Shown one piece after another: positions 1 through 13,498 of a stretch of 64,000 nt of DNA. Source of the DNA: Octopus vulgaris (taxonomy: Eukaryota); the NCBI GenBank assembly GCA_951406725.2, contig OX597835.1, positions 2,728,001-2,792,000 on the forward strand, given 5' to 3'. The translations under genes were made by a program, and so were the position numbers. How positions within the stretch are numbered: position 1 is the stretch's first letter; every line of letters starts with the position of its first letter. The notes under the pieces were generated by a model that searched no databases, was not told the DNA's origin, and was given only the letters and a program-made list of their open reading frames with translations.

Positions 1-3
1 TTG

Positions 4-43
<40 letters not shown>

Positions 44-117
44 GACTACTATTACTACTACTGTTGCTACTACTACTACTACTACTACTACTGTTGCTAC
101 TACTACTACCACTACTA

Positions 118-181
<64 letters not shown>

Positions 182-267
182 TACAACTACTACTACTACT
201 ACTACTACTACTACCACTACTACTACCACCACCACCACCACTACTACCACTACTACTACTACTACTA

Positions 268-333
<66 letters not shown>
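1..333. repeat. (CTA)n/(CCA)n trinucleotide microsatellite
   Basis: Direct inspection; explains the poly-Leu ORF 1..456. Confidence 0.97.
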
Positions 334-334
<1 letters not shown>

Positions 335-351
335 CATCATCAGTTACTATT

Positions 352-1729
352 TGTTGGGAAGTAGATCTCGTAGATTGTTCGTCCACCATGCCGTTCTTTC
401 CTCAACCACAAAAAATAAGTCTTCTTCTTATGACGATGTCAAAGCGTGATAGCTAGACTTACTCAGCCGTTGTTTACGGAGGAGGCATCGTAGTTTCATG
501 GTTCCCTTTCAATGTTTCTTTGTAGATTCTTGTGCCACGTTTTGTATGCTGTCTTTTATTATTATTGGAGCAAATGCTGCAGCCGCATCTGTTGTCGTAG
601 TTGTTTATGATCAAGCAAGATGTATGGTCAAAAATGTACCAGTCAATACCAACTCGTCCACTCTTTTCTTTTATACAAGCAACTACAAGATATAATGTAG
701 ACTTGGCTCTCATTTCGGTAAAAGATCACGTAAATGTTCTCTCGCTGGCTTGTTGGTCACTGCGTAATTGAATACTGTGTATCGACATACTTTTTGTATT
801 CTGAAGTGTTACCAATATATGGAACGTATGCAAACATTTGTAAATCGGAGAAAATTTACTTAAGAAAAAACAAAAAAACATTCTCTTACAGGGCAGAGTG
901 ACCTTGGATCTATATGGATTTTTGTTTATATCTTCTTTCAATCAAAGATTCTTCGGATAATTCTTGCTGAAATATATTTCATGCTTCTCACCCAATCTTT
1001 GATTTCAAATGACCTTTTCGATGTCTATTATAATGTATACTTTGCATTATTTATATAACGACTGTAATAGCTGAGTTCTTGTGGCCTATTCTCTGTTTCA
1101 ATCGGAAACTTGCTCAACGATCTCACTTCCTCATTTTTGATGACTTTTATTTCTGTTCTTAAACAAAAGTTCAATGTTTTGCTTTCTTCAGCAATCATTC
1201 TTATATCATTTCTCGCATTTCTTCCAAGAATACACGTTTCTGGTCTGATTGAAGCGTTTATATTTGCTGTTTATTATTATTCTACATTCAAATTTTGCCA
1301 GCATTTGTCCTCACTCATCGTTTTTGTTCTTCAGTCTTTTATGTGATGTATTTTCTTTAATCTACATTTCCCTTGATCTTACTTTGAATTACTCTACTTC
1401 CACTCGTCTTGCGTGCATATAGCATCAGTTCTCTGACTTTCATTAACAACTGCTTTTGTTTCCGCCAAGGAATTTCCATGATAAATAAATGTCTTCGGGA
1501 ATAACAAAATCTCAAGCTTCGTTAGTCGACATGCTATCAATTGGGTGCGGAGAGAATGCCTTGTCTAAACATCAAACCTGTAGCACAGAATGCAACTATC
1601 TACCACAGCAGTGTATATTTTTACGATGTCAATGAAACTCGTTGTTCATCGACGGATGCCTTAACTGCAAACATAGAAAATGAGTCAAGAAATATATTCG
1701 CCTCTGATTATCTCATATGTTGGGAAGTA
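352..1729 (-). mobile_element. Highly decayed RTE-like LINE fragment
   Basis: Broken minus-strand RT-like words (SFEIKDWVR ~ FEIKxGVRQG; PYIGN ~ FxYLGS; RIYKETLK ~ RYKDxLK). Flanked by a 12-bp direct repeat TGTTGGGAAGTA (352-363, 1718-1729). Confidence 0.4.
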
Positions 1730-2014
1730 ACTTAATAAGGAGTACAAATATTTGCAATGAGGTGCAAATCAACGGAGGAGACGTAGAATAAAATAATGAA
1801 CATTGGTTCGTTATTTTATCGAACCAGGAAGATTTGGACCAATAATATCAAATGCTGTTTCTGTTGCTCCTCAGTCAGAAGTACAAATGTTTATATATAT
1901 ATCGGGTCATCGATTGATTGACTGATTGCAAATGAAATAGATACAAAAATGTAATTTTAATCGGAAAATAATATCGACAATGTCTGTGACGCACACGTTT
2001 ATGCATATATACAC

Positions 2015-2018
<4 letters not shown>

Positions 2019-2096
<78 letters not shown>

Positions 2097-2097
2097 T

Positions 2098-2169
<72 letters not shown>

Positions 2170-2190
2170 ATTTTTATATATATATATGTA

Positions 2191-2245
<55 letters not shown>

Positions 2246-2246
2246 T

Positions 2247-2308
<62 letters not shown>

Positions 2309-2398
2309 ATTTTTATATATATATGTATATATGTATATATATATATATGTGTATGTGTGTATATATATATATATATCTATATATATACATACAGACAG

Positions 2399-2452
<54 letters not shown>
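2019..2452. repeat. Compound (TA)n microsatellite with an internal ~150-bp tandem duplication
   Basis: The interruption pattern gtgtgtttacatac...attatat...ttttt occurs twice, from about 2091 and 2239. Confidence 0.9.
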
Positions 2453-2459
<7 letters not shown>

Positions 2460-2819
2460 CAGACAGACAGAGGTATGTGTGTATATTAAGATAATTCGTA
2501 TATATAGATGCTTGCATGTATATATATCTTTGCATATCTACATATGCATATATTCCTACATGTATACATGTATATGTATCGTATCTGCATGCATGTGGGT
2601 CTATCGATAATATAGAATTATCAGTTAAAAATACACATTCCTGTGAATTACGATCATAACATGATGACTGGTAAAATATTTCTACTGTCGATATATCCGA
2701 AACAAATAAATAGTAGAAAGGTGATAGCAAAAAAACAACAAAAAAACATGTCACTGTGGAAGGGTGTATATAGATTTGAAAACATAGATAACATTTTTTA
2801 TTCATATATATGTATATAT

Positions 2820-2860
<41 letters not shown>

Positions 2861-3292
2861 TATCTATATACATAACTTATATATATGTATAAAAAATATA
2901 CATTAATATGTATATTTATTTATTTATTTATTTATTTTTATATATTTATATATAAATACCTATATACGATGTGTGATAAATGTAATGGTGACGGATACAT
3001 GGTAATAGGCAACATGTCAGCATGAAAGGAATATGTATTGGATGAGAAAGATACAGGAAAAAGTATGAAAATAATAATAACGGATATAAGTGCTTGGTGG
3101 ATATAAACCATGGCAGAACTTAGCAATAATTTCTTTTACTGCCGCATAACATGCCCAGCCCACACAAAGACATTTCTAGACACATGCACACTCATCTCGC
3201 TCATACTTTTCAAGCGATTCTCTGCCTTTTCTCTCTTTCTCTCTTTTCTTTCTTTAAGTCTGCCTGTTTAATTCACTTACTCTTTCTCTTTC

Positions 3293-3411
<119 letters not shown>

Positions 3412-3581
3412 CAGAGACACTCTCTCTCTCTCCGTCCCTCTGAAAATTGACTTTAATGTAGTTCAATTTTAGCGTCCATCAAATATTACTTATACACACA
3501 AATATAAATACATGTATTTAGATATGTACATTTATGCTACATACATACATACCTATATATATATATGCATACATACATACA

Positions 3582-3617
<36 letters not shown>

Positions 3618-3709
3618 CATATATATACCAGTAAATATTGGTGCCTTGTTGTACCATTTATCTACTTATATATATATATATATATATATGCATAGATACA
3701 TACATATAC

Positions 3710-3740
<31 letters not shown>

Positions 3741-3799
3741 CATATACATACACACACACATACACACACACACATATATATATGTATATATATATATAC

Positions 3800-3830
<31 letters not shown>

Positions 3831-3834
3831 CGTT

Positions 3835-4046
3835 TAAATATTTGTTGTGTACAAGATTTTTTATGTGAAGTCGTGTGTTGAAACAGATATTGTTATATTT
3901 CGGAATGGTCATATTGCCAGTTTAGCCAATAAAAACACACGCACTATATATTTGGTGTTATTTTGCTTCAGTGATATTTATTTTTTACATTAATATTAAT
4001 CTTATATTAATGTAAAAATAATATCATATATATATAATATGACATT

Positions 4047-4118
<72 letters not shown>

Positions 4119-4570
4119 TAAATAAATATTTGTTTTGCAAGATTTTTGATGTGAAATCGTGTGTTGAAACGGATATTGTTGTATTTAGGAATGGTCATTT
4201 TGCCAGTTTAGCCAATAAAAACACACGCACTATATATTTGGTGTTACTTTGCTTCAGTGTTATTTATTTTTTACATTAATCTTAATCTTATTTCGGCCAG
4301 AGTTCTTTCGTCACACTTCTATGACCTCATCAGTGGTCCTTTGCTTTCTTCTTTCTTATTTCTGTGTCTCTCCTTACTAGCGATCAGCCATTTTGTATTT
4401 TGTATTCCTATTGTATGTCTTCATTTGCGTATGCGTGTACCTCTATGTGTGTCTATGTTTGGTTAGTGTGTGTGTTGGGGGAAGTGCCTGTAATATTTGT
4501 ATCTCCTGTTTATATACGTTCGTGTAATTTGTTTTTGTTTATTTTTATTTTGTTCATGTGTTTCTATTTA
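3835..4570 (-). mobile_element. Tandem partial + longer copy of a Penelope-like pseudo-LTR with a hammerhead core
   Basis: 3835-4005 is repeated at about 4125-4290. The minus strand has CTGATGA-GGTCA...TGGCC-GAAA at 4333-4291. A further fragment lies near 53225-53262. Confidence 0.6.
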
Positions 4571-4821
4571 AACAGATGAACAAAACACGTCTTTCTATTT
4601 AAACATTCTAAAAATGTGTAAACTGTTGTCAAGCTGTATCGGCCTCTGCCTTTCCTTTGAATAATATTTATAGCGTCGTGAAGGCGACTGGTGTGCATGA
4701 CGACTGGTGTGCATGGCGACTGGTGGTCTTCCACGAACAACCTTGTCTGGACTTGTGCCACGGAGGGGAACATTCTAGGTGCAATCTCATGGCCCTTCAT
4801 GACCGAAGGCGTTCTCTACTC

Positions 4822-4876
<55 letters not shown>

Positions 4877-5040
4877 AAATATAAAAGAGCGATATTATTT
4901 CTAAAAATAATAACGTTGGTGGCTGCAAGTGTAAAGCCGTATAGGCAAATGAACGAATTATATAAAAGATATATACATATATCTATTCTTGTTCAGTATA
5001 TATATATATATATATATATACATATATACTTGTATGTATA

Positions 5041-5141
<101 letters not shown>

Positions 5142-5144
5142 TTT

Positions 5145-6400
5145 TTAATCCTTTTGGGTTGAGGAGGCTTCAGCCTCCTGAACCACATCCACCTCTCCCT
5201 TTGACCGGGCAGGGGAGGTGGCATCTAGTGACTGTTCCAGGACCATATCATGGTCCTGGGGGCAGTTCTTTTTAATGTCGGCTGGCTGCAGGCACGAGTG
5301 ACACTTTTGGGGACGTCCATCAAGTATCACCGGATACCTGCAGCCAGCCATTTAAAAAAAATCTGGAAAAACCAGATCTGTTGCGGCCGATGGGGACCAC
5401 AGTGTCAAAATCGCTTTTGACCCTTCCCAATCGACCGCTGGCAATACACTTACATTTAAGAGCCTGGGCCCGCTATCCCCCAGTCCCCGTCGGATGGTAT
5501 CTTCAATCCAACCCGCATCGGTGCCTGGGGGTAACCTACATGCCCATGCTCTTTTTAATTTCCTCCCGCAGTACGTCGGGAGGAACAGAATTTCGTTACC
5601 CTCTAAAGGCTGACTCGCAAATTTGCGAACCTTTTCCCGGTTGTCAAACAGCAACCATACGGTTGCATGTTTGACACCACGGGATATGTATTTCACAGAG
5701 GACAAATAGTCTTTCAGTTCATTTTCTATAACTGGTTTCGAGAAGACGGTGATAGAATTAAGAACTTTAGAATAAGTTCTAACCACCATCGTTCTCTCCT
5801 CCATATCTTTTAACCACTGCTTGGGTGGGACAATCTCCCACTCCAAAGCAGCGGCACCATTCTTTATCACCATGAGGAAGAAAGTTCAAATGTCCACAAA
5901 AATAGAAATACACTAGAAAGAAAAAAAGTCCGACCGAAAAATAAATAGTAAAAAATAAGACAAAAGAATACAAAAAGGACAGTTAAAAAAAGAAAAGGAA
6001 AAACACGGAAGAAATAAAAATATGGTTCCAAATTCCCGCCACGGGTACTCCTGGCCCTCTTCTTTGGCTGGTACTCCGAGCTGGAATCTTAAATCCGCAG
6101 AAGACGAATCTTCACCACAATGGGCCACAAAAGTTTTCAATGACTGGAACAAACTTCAATTTTTGGGCGGGATACGCCCCCAACATTTTTTCAACAAGCA
6201 AAAATCGCAATAGCCTCCGAGAGCAGGCAAACTGTTCCAGAGCTGGGCGAAATTTACTGAAAAAAGTTCCAGCTCAAAACAAACAAAATCACCTACCTCG
6301 AACGGACTTCTTCTTAATTTTCAGTTTTGGGACGGAGCGCACCAACTCATGCCCTCCTTGTTCAAGTGTTGAAGCAAAACACCAATGCGCATGTGCGGAA
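5145..6400 (-). mobile_element. L1/Tx1-type non-LTR retrotransposon 5' UTR + ORF1 (gag-like), disrupted
   Basis: ORFs 5352-5873 and 5145-5351 abut at a homopolymer run. They end in VILDGRPQKCHSCLQPADIKKNCP, a zinc knuckle whose His is lost, and are truncated by (TA)n. Confidence 0.65.
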
Positions 6401-6650
6401 GCAAGCTACTTACCACACAGCCACTCCTACGCCTATAAATACAAATATATTTATTTTATATGTATTTGTATATATATATATTTATACTCATACACACACA
6501 CACACACATATGTGTTCCTCTAAAACACTGCGTGCTTAAGGAACCGTAAAAGAACCTCAAGAAACACGTGTAGCAGAGTTTTAGTAAAGAGTAGTAAGTA
6601 TTGAATTAAAATTCTTATATATGGTGTGATGATGGGGACTGCTATCTCCA

Positions 6651-6701
<51 letters not shown>

Positions 6702-6704
6702 ATA

Positions 6705-6894
6705 ATACAGTGTACATTCAAACACATAAGAGATAACCAAAAAATAAAATATCTGACTCACTAGAAAGAGCAGTTAAAACTCCAAGCCACTAATAGTTAC
6801 AACTATTAGTGGCTTGGAGTTTTAACTGCTCTTTCTAGTGAGTCAGATATCCTGTTATTTGGTTATCTTTTATGTGTTTGAATGTACACTGTAT
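6705..6894. repeat. Long near-perfect palindrome
   Basis: 50-bp perfect arms at 6749-6798 and 6801-6850 with a 2-nt spacer, extending imperfectly to about 95 bp per arm. Confidence 0.95.
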
Positions 6895-7017
6895 CTTCTA
6901 TGAATTATGTATAGTCTATTGACTAAATTTTTCCTTCTCGCTAGACCACTGGTAACAAAGAATTTTTCTATAAATGTTTTTGCTACCCTAAGATTTTTAA
7001 ATCAATGACAAAAGGTT

Positions 7018-7171
<154 letters not shown>

Positions 7172-7269
7172 ATTTGATGTTAGCCGTTTTATTTCTTGGT
7201 CATAAATTATGATCTGGCAGAATACTTGAGCATTGCGATGCAGATGCGGATTGCTTGGCTGCTTCCGCT

Positions 7270-7650
7270 TATCATGATGATGACGACGAAGTCGATGAAG
7301 ATGAAGTCGATGAAGATGAAGAAAACGACGAGAACGGAGCCGACGAAGAGAATGACGAAGAGAATTAGATCGATGGCAATGATGATGATGAGGATATGGT
7401 GGTGGAAGGTGGTGGTGGTTGTGACGAGAACGTTGACGAGGATAAGGAGGTGGGTGTTAATGATGATGTTGAAGATGATGATGATGATGATGAGGAAGAA
7501 GATGAAGACGATGATGATGATGAGGATAAAGGCGAAAGTGATGCTGCTGTTGTTGGTTTTGTTGTTGATGATGATGATGATTATGAAGATATCTATGATG
7601 ATGATGAGGAGGAAGGAGATGTGGAAGAGGAAGAACAGGAGCAAGATGCA
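7270..7650. repeat. Degenerate (GAT/GAA/GGT)n low-complexity tract
   Basis: Trinucleotide-derived; open in several frames on both strands. Confidence 0.8.
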
Positions 7651-8003
7651 AGATTCATGCAACGTGAAATTTCAACAGCACCATTGTGACAGAATCTCCT
7701 GTTGATGTCTGCCCAAATGAACAATTCTTCCTCGCACCTGACTGCGTCTGTGTTCTTCAAGTGTAAACAAGGATTGTCTGATTTGTCTAACGACTGAACT
7801 GTTCATTAACCATGTTTTGTCACTAACATGGTTGCCGGCGCATGCGTAATTATACGCCGCTATCGTATAATTAATGATATTCATGCGTAGACACGCCCGA
7901 ATGGTGAAGAGTGTGTATGCATGTGTGTATGTGTGTATTGATGTATGCATGTGAGTGTATATATATATATTGTATATATATATGCATATTCATCCACATA
8001 TAA

Positions 8004-8053
<50 letters not shown>

Positions 8054-8139
8054 TATATACGTATATCCACACAGACACACACACACACACATTATATATG
8101 CGTGTGTATATATATGTATATATATATATATATATATAC

Positions 8140-8317
8140 AGACAGATAAATAGATAGATAGATAGATAGATGGATGGATGGATAGATAGATAGATAGATA
8201 GATTGATAGATAGATAGATAGATAGATAGATTGATAGATAGATAGATAGATAGATGGATGGATAGATAGATAGATATATAGATAGATAGATTGATAGATA
8301 GATTGATAGATAGATAA

Positions 8318-8383
<66 letters not shown>

Positions 8384-8384
8384 T

Positions 8385-8445
<61 letters not shown>
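8140..8445. repeat. (GATA)n microsatellite
   Basis: Direct inspection. Confidence 0.97.
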
Positions 8446-8446
<1 letters not shown>

Positions 8447-8539
8447 AAGGAATATAGATATATAATGTTCCTAATTAGAACAGAAGTACCTGGCGTGACA
8501 TGGTGAAACACAAATTTACGATTGGTTTTTATTCTTTAA

Positions 8540-9067
8540 TAATGGCCGCGTGCCGCTTGAAGACCAACCTCCGGAACGAATGAAGACATCATGAAGATCC
8601 ATGAGCTGATCTTAGTGGACCTCAGTGAACACTCGATCAATTGTTAATACGATTAGTGTTCTGGCGCTCCCGCCAACGAACTTTGAAGAGTTGCGAATGA
8701 AAAGTGTTGCCGCAAAATTTGTGCCTCGTTTGCTCTCGGAAGATCGAAAGCAGTCACGAGTGAATGCGTGTTGCGAACTGAAAGAACAGTTGGAAGTTGA
8801 TCCAGACCTCTCTTTCGAAGGTCCTAACTGGTGATAACAGCTGGTGCTGCGGATTTTCGGATGTGGAAGAGGTGAAGAAACAAACGACGGATAGGTTAAA
8901 AGACATCACTTTGCGAGAGTTCTAGGACTGCTTCGAACAGTGGAAAACGCGTCAGGACCGAAGTATTGCTTCAAATGGAGAATTCTTTGAAGGCGATAAA
9001 AGTGTAGACATATAAATCTAGGTGAATAAAATAACATTGCAACATTCCGGTTGGGTACACCACCCCG
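8540..9067 (+). mobile_element. Internally deleted mariner transposase relic
   Basis: VAAKFVPRLLSEDRKQSRVNACCELK (WVPxxL-type linker motif) and C-terminal CFEQWKTRQDRSIASNGEFFEGD. Ends at ...caccccg followed by TA. Confidence 0.8.
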
Positions 9068-9494
9068 TACACAAACACACACAAATCCACATATGTGTGT
9101 GTATGTAGACAGACAACCAGACAGACAGACGGATAGATTGACACAAACAAACAGACACCGTAAATATTCTCTTTCTACACATGAATAACTTACGTACAAC
9201 TGCATTGAACATCGGATGGCACTATTCCTCGATACCCATTCCTATTCTCCAGGTATGTATTATCCTCACACAAAGAAGACTCCAGGCACCAAACATACAC
9301 CAATTCCATGAACAGGGATCTCAACACCATCCTTTCATGATGATTTTGTCTCAACTTGTTAAGCAAATACAGCGATGTCACTCAGCACATTGCCTCACGA
9401 AGATCATCTCTAGCTCTCACTGACTATGCTACCGGGTGCTGCCATCTGTTGGCGTGCTAGAGAACTTGTCCGGGAACCTTTTGATATCACCACG

Positions 9495-9670
9495 TACATT
9501 TATTCAAACCCCAAAGTATGCTTCTTAACAGATGGCTGTGATGCTCCCCTACTTCCCCTGCTCATGATCAGTGATGCATCTATTGTCAGTCACTAAGATA
9601 CATGCTTGAGTGTCTGAGATCAAGCAATTGACAAGCAAATCTGTGGTATTGATCAGAATATTTGCTATAA
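9495..9670 (-). mobile_element. Fragment of the ~540-bp (TAA)n-associated element (family D)
   Basis: Matches 24570-24740 (attcaaaccccaaag...gacaagcaaatctgtggtattg). Confidence 0.75.
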
Positions 9671-10290
9671 CGATATTTCTGCTTCAGCAACTCAGGCTGA
9701 ATCTGTCTGAAATGTAATGGAAAATTGGTGAGTTTCAAAACATTGATGTCTAGGTTATAAAAGCAAAGCTTGAAGGGAATAATAGTTACCATTCCTTTTG
9801 ATTTCTAGAGAGAAGCAAATAGGAAATAACACTTACTCAGCAAAGACAAAAAACAATATAAACATTTTGCTTCACAGTGTTTAGATGTTACATTCGCCAT
9901 GGATATAAGTTGGTTAAACGCTTCTTGGCTTCGGTATATCCTCAGACAAAGTCCTTTTTGAAGACAAAGAGTGCTAAAAAATACAAGATACGCTGTTATA
10001 TTTAACACTCGAGGAATTTAACGGGATTTTTTCCTGAAGGTAATATCGCAGCTTAAAATGTTTAAACAACATACATGCATGAAGTATGTGATATTGATAA
10101 TGTTTATGAGTGTATGAGTGTGCGTGAGTGCTTGTGTATGTGTGTGTGTGTGTGTGAGTGTTCTTAAAATATTTAAATTCAGATTTACTTTAAAGAAACT
10201 GCGTCAAATCATTTATCTATCAACCAAGTATCTAGAATGCACTTCTCTTTCATTTGTTGCATAATCTGCATGTGTATACGCACGAACGCA

Positions 10291-10347
<57 letters not shown>

Positions 10348-10408
10348 TTCCCGTTTAGAAATTTTAGAACTAGCTACTTTGCTTGTTATATATATATATA
10401 TGTTTATA

Positions 10409-10459
<51 letters not shown>

Positions 10460-10473
10460 ATATATATATATTC

Positions 10474-10807
10474 TTTTAGTCTTTTATTTGTTTCTGTCAA
10501 TTTGACTACGGCCATGCTGGAGTACCGCCTTTAGTCGAACAAATCGACCCCAAGACGTACTTTTTGTAAGCGTAGTACTTACTGTATCGGTGTCTTTGGC
10601 CGAACCGCTAAGATACGGGGACGTAAATATACTAACATCAGTTTTCAAGCGATGGTGGAAGGTGACAAACACAGATGCACAAACACACACACACACACAC
10701 ACATATATACACAACGGGCTTCTTTCAGTTTCCGTCTATCAAATCCACCCACAAGGCTTTGGTCGGCCTTAGGCTATAATAGAAGAGACTTGCCCAAGGT
10801 GTCACAC
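10474..10807 (-). mobile_element. SINE family B (tRNA-derived, internal microsatellite), 5' truncated
   Basis: Reverse complement of the 26090-26468 and 34940-35338 copies. Confidence 0.85.
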
Positions 10808-10917
10808 ATTATATATATATATATATAATAGTGCGTGTGTGTATGTGTCTGAGTGTGTCGGTGTCTGTGTGTGTGTGACACCTTGGGCAAGTCTCTTCTT
10901 GTTTGGATGATTAACTT

Positions 10918-10950
<33 letters not shown>

Positions 10951-10951
<1 letters not shown>

Positions 10952-11545
10952 CTTAGAATAACTTAGAAAGGTTTTGGCCAGTATTGGCCCAGGCCATGTC
11001 TAACTTAATAGCACCACCTGGCGAAGTCTTTCAGTTCAGGATTTGGGCACCAAGGCCCATTCGAGCAGAGAGTTATTCTTTGCGGAGACATATCCGGGTG
11101 TGGGTGGTTTGTCCGGTACTGTTTGAAGGAATTTGTCCAAAGACTTCTTGAATTTTGTGTGGTCAGTTTCTTTTTTGACGTGTCCTGGTGTAATGTTGAA
11201 GAGAGCAGGTCCAATTGAGGTGAAATAGTTGTGCCGTATTGTCGTTATGTGATGCGATTTAGATTTTTGTTGTGGACGGATGGCACGTGGTCCAAGCCTT
11301 GGATGCATTTTGAAGGTGATGCCAACATCATTCGGACAGTGCTGGTGGAATATTTTCCACATCATACAGATAATGTAGCGTTCACGGCGTCGTTGGAGTG
11401 AATACAATTTCAGCTTCTCTAGTCTACCCCAGTAGTCAAGGTCTGACATGCCATCTATCTTTTTTGTGATTGACCTTTGGGGAGCCTCAATTCTCATAAT
11501 ATTTTGTTTTGTGTAGGGAGACCACAGTGGACAGCAGTATTCAAT
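10951..11545 (-). mobile_element. CR1/L2-group LINE 3' end (RT C-terminus + 3' UTR)
   Basis: IEYCCPLWSPYTKQNIMRIEAPQRSITKKIDGMSDLDYWGRLEKLKLYSLQRRRER is typical of CR1-like ORF2. Tail of TTCTAAGT repeats. Confidence 0.88.
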
Positions 11546-11602
11546 ATATATATTCATTAATGTGTCTGTTTAAATCGATGTTAAAATACGATATAGCTAC
11601 AA

Positions 11603-11735
11603 GGCGGCGAGCTGGCAGAAACGTTAGCACGCCGGGCGAAATGCTCAGCAGTATTTCGTTTGCCGCTACGTTCTGAGTTCAAATTCCGCCGAGGTCGACT
11701 TTGCCTTTCATCCTTCCAGGATCGAAACATTAAGT
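11603..11735 (+). mobile_element. SINE family A, 3' truncated
   Basis: ggcggcgagctggcagaaacgttag...gagttcaaattcc (B box)...gtcgactttgcctttcatcc; more than 10 copies in the window. Confidence 0.88.
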
Positions 11736-11904
11736 AGAAAAGAATACGTCAGAGTCACAAGCCATTTAGAAAATAAAATTCAATTAGTTAGGATGTAATT
11801 ATTATCCTAATCATAGTTCTTGTTTAGAATTTTGTAACAGAGCATTATTAGAATTAGTTATAGGAGATATGTTATGTGCAGAATTTCTTTCCCTCTTGTC
11901 TTTA

Positions 11905-12035
11905 GTGGAGATGATAAAGCCTAGAGCGGGCGTGGGCTGGAAGAGACATGGACTATCGTCAGGGCAGGCGGACTGCGAGAGAAATGGCGCATCATTATGA
12001 GGACCGCTACCTCGAAAAGGAATCGAGGTAATCAT
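11905..12035 (+). mobile_element. Short decayed RTE-like LINE 3' end
   Basis: ETWTIVRAGGLREKWRIIMRTATS resembles the RTE ORF terminus W..(AQD)R..WR..V.A. Confidence 0.4.
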
Positions 12036-12287
12036 TGGTTGGTTTTGCCATCCAGAATATCCCTCAGATTTCAGTTTGACCATCAATGAACTACGTCATA
12101 ATTCTTATTGAGCGTCAGCATCGAATCTCTTGCTATTGTTTTCGTCAGTATAATTTATTCACGTATCTCTATCGCAAGATTTCACACGAAAAGGTAGCGC
12201 TAAACATTTGGTTTCTATGACAGTTGACACTGTCAAGCGTATAAGAATATCTAATTCAATAAGGAATGGTGCAATACACTACGTATT

Positions 12288-12330
<43 letters not shown>

Positions 12331-12428
12331 GTGTGTGTGTGCATGTGTATGTATATATATATATATATATATACACATACATATATATCATATATATATA
12401 TATACATACATTCCTACATACACATATG

Positions 12429-12522
<94 letters not shown>

Positions 12523-13205
12523 CACATCTTTACATCCAAACAAGTGCATATATGCTCACACAGACACATACACACATACACATATACACATATATATACC
12601 AACATGCATGCACACACATACACACACACACATGCATATTACGTTAATGATCTCCGTTTATCACATCATTTTCGCTTTTAATGCTTTTAATAAAATAATT
12701 TGTTCATACGTTGCAACTTTTGTACCTTTTGTGAACATTTATCCGATTAACGAACAGCAAATCCATTTTTAATGTATATTATATAAAGTTTAAATAACAC
12801 ATATAATATCAGCTCAAAAGTAACCTAATTGATTTTCCTGTATTTGAAGATATAATTCATAAAGTGAATTTATGGTTCCAAAAATTGCTTCTAGATGTTG
12901 CAGAAGCCATTTATATATATATATATATTTTATTTTATTTGTTGATAGAAAGTAAAAAACTAAGTATAGTAATCTTAGATAACATAGTTTATTACGCTTT
13001 TACTTTACAATGAATTTAAATGATCAAGAGAAAATCACGCATTAAAAACCGTTTTCTTGTGTATCACAGGTTTTGAGAAACTGAAATCATAGTAAAAAGC
13101 AATATTGAGACATCGAAATGTCTTTGGAATCGTATGAGAATGGTAATCATATGGACGACTGCTATTTCTGTTCTAACAATTTATTCTCACTTAAACATAA
13201 ATGTT

Positions 13206-13466
13206 GTGGAGGCGCGTGGCTTAGTGGTTAGGGTGTCAGCATCATGATCAGAAGATTGTGGTTTCGATTCTTGGACCGGGCGACGCGTTGTGTTCTTGAG
13301 CAAAACACTTCATTTTATGTTGCTCCAGTTCACTCAGCTGGCAAAAATGAGTAACGCTGCGATGGACTGGCGTCCCGTCCAGCTGGGGAACACATACGCC
13401 ATTGAAACCGGGAAACCGGACCCATGATCCTGGCTAGGCTCTAAAAAGGGCGCAAGGAAGAAGAAG
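13206..13466 (+). mobile_element. tRNA-derived SINE family C with target-site duplication
   Basis: A box tggcttagtgg, B box ggtttcgattc, (AAG)n tail, 13-bp TSD AAACATAAATGTT at 13193-13205 and 13467-13479. Confidence 0.9.
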
Positions 13467-13498
13467 AAACATAAATGTTCTGTTAGAACAAACTTTAC

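Noticed and set aside
1-456. Poly-Leu ORF and the many YI/HT/CV/YLSI/poly-I ORFs across the window
   Set aside because: Translations of microsatellites with no coding complexity.
6526-6575. Hammerhead-like GAAACACGTGTAGCAG with upstream CTGC
   Set aside because: Stem I/III remnants are plausible but the CUGAnGA core and stem II are not recognisable.
7396-7689. Acidic 97-aa ORF resembling a nucleolin/prothymosin-like tract
   Set aside because: Derived from (GAT/GAA)n repeats, open in many frames, with no splice context or domain.
11906-12027. Plus-strand exon-like segment (AG...GAG|GTAATC, MDYRQGRRTAREM)
   Set aside because: All three frames contain stops across the segment, and it is better explained as a LINE 3' end.
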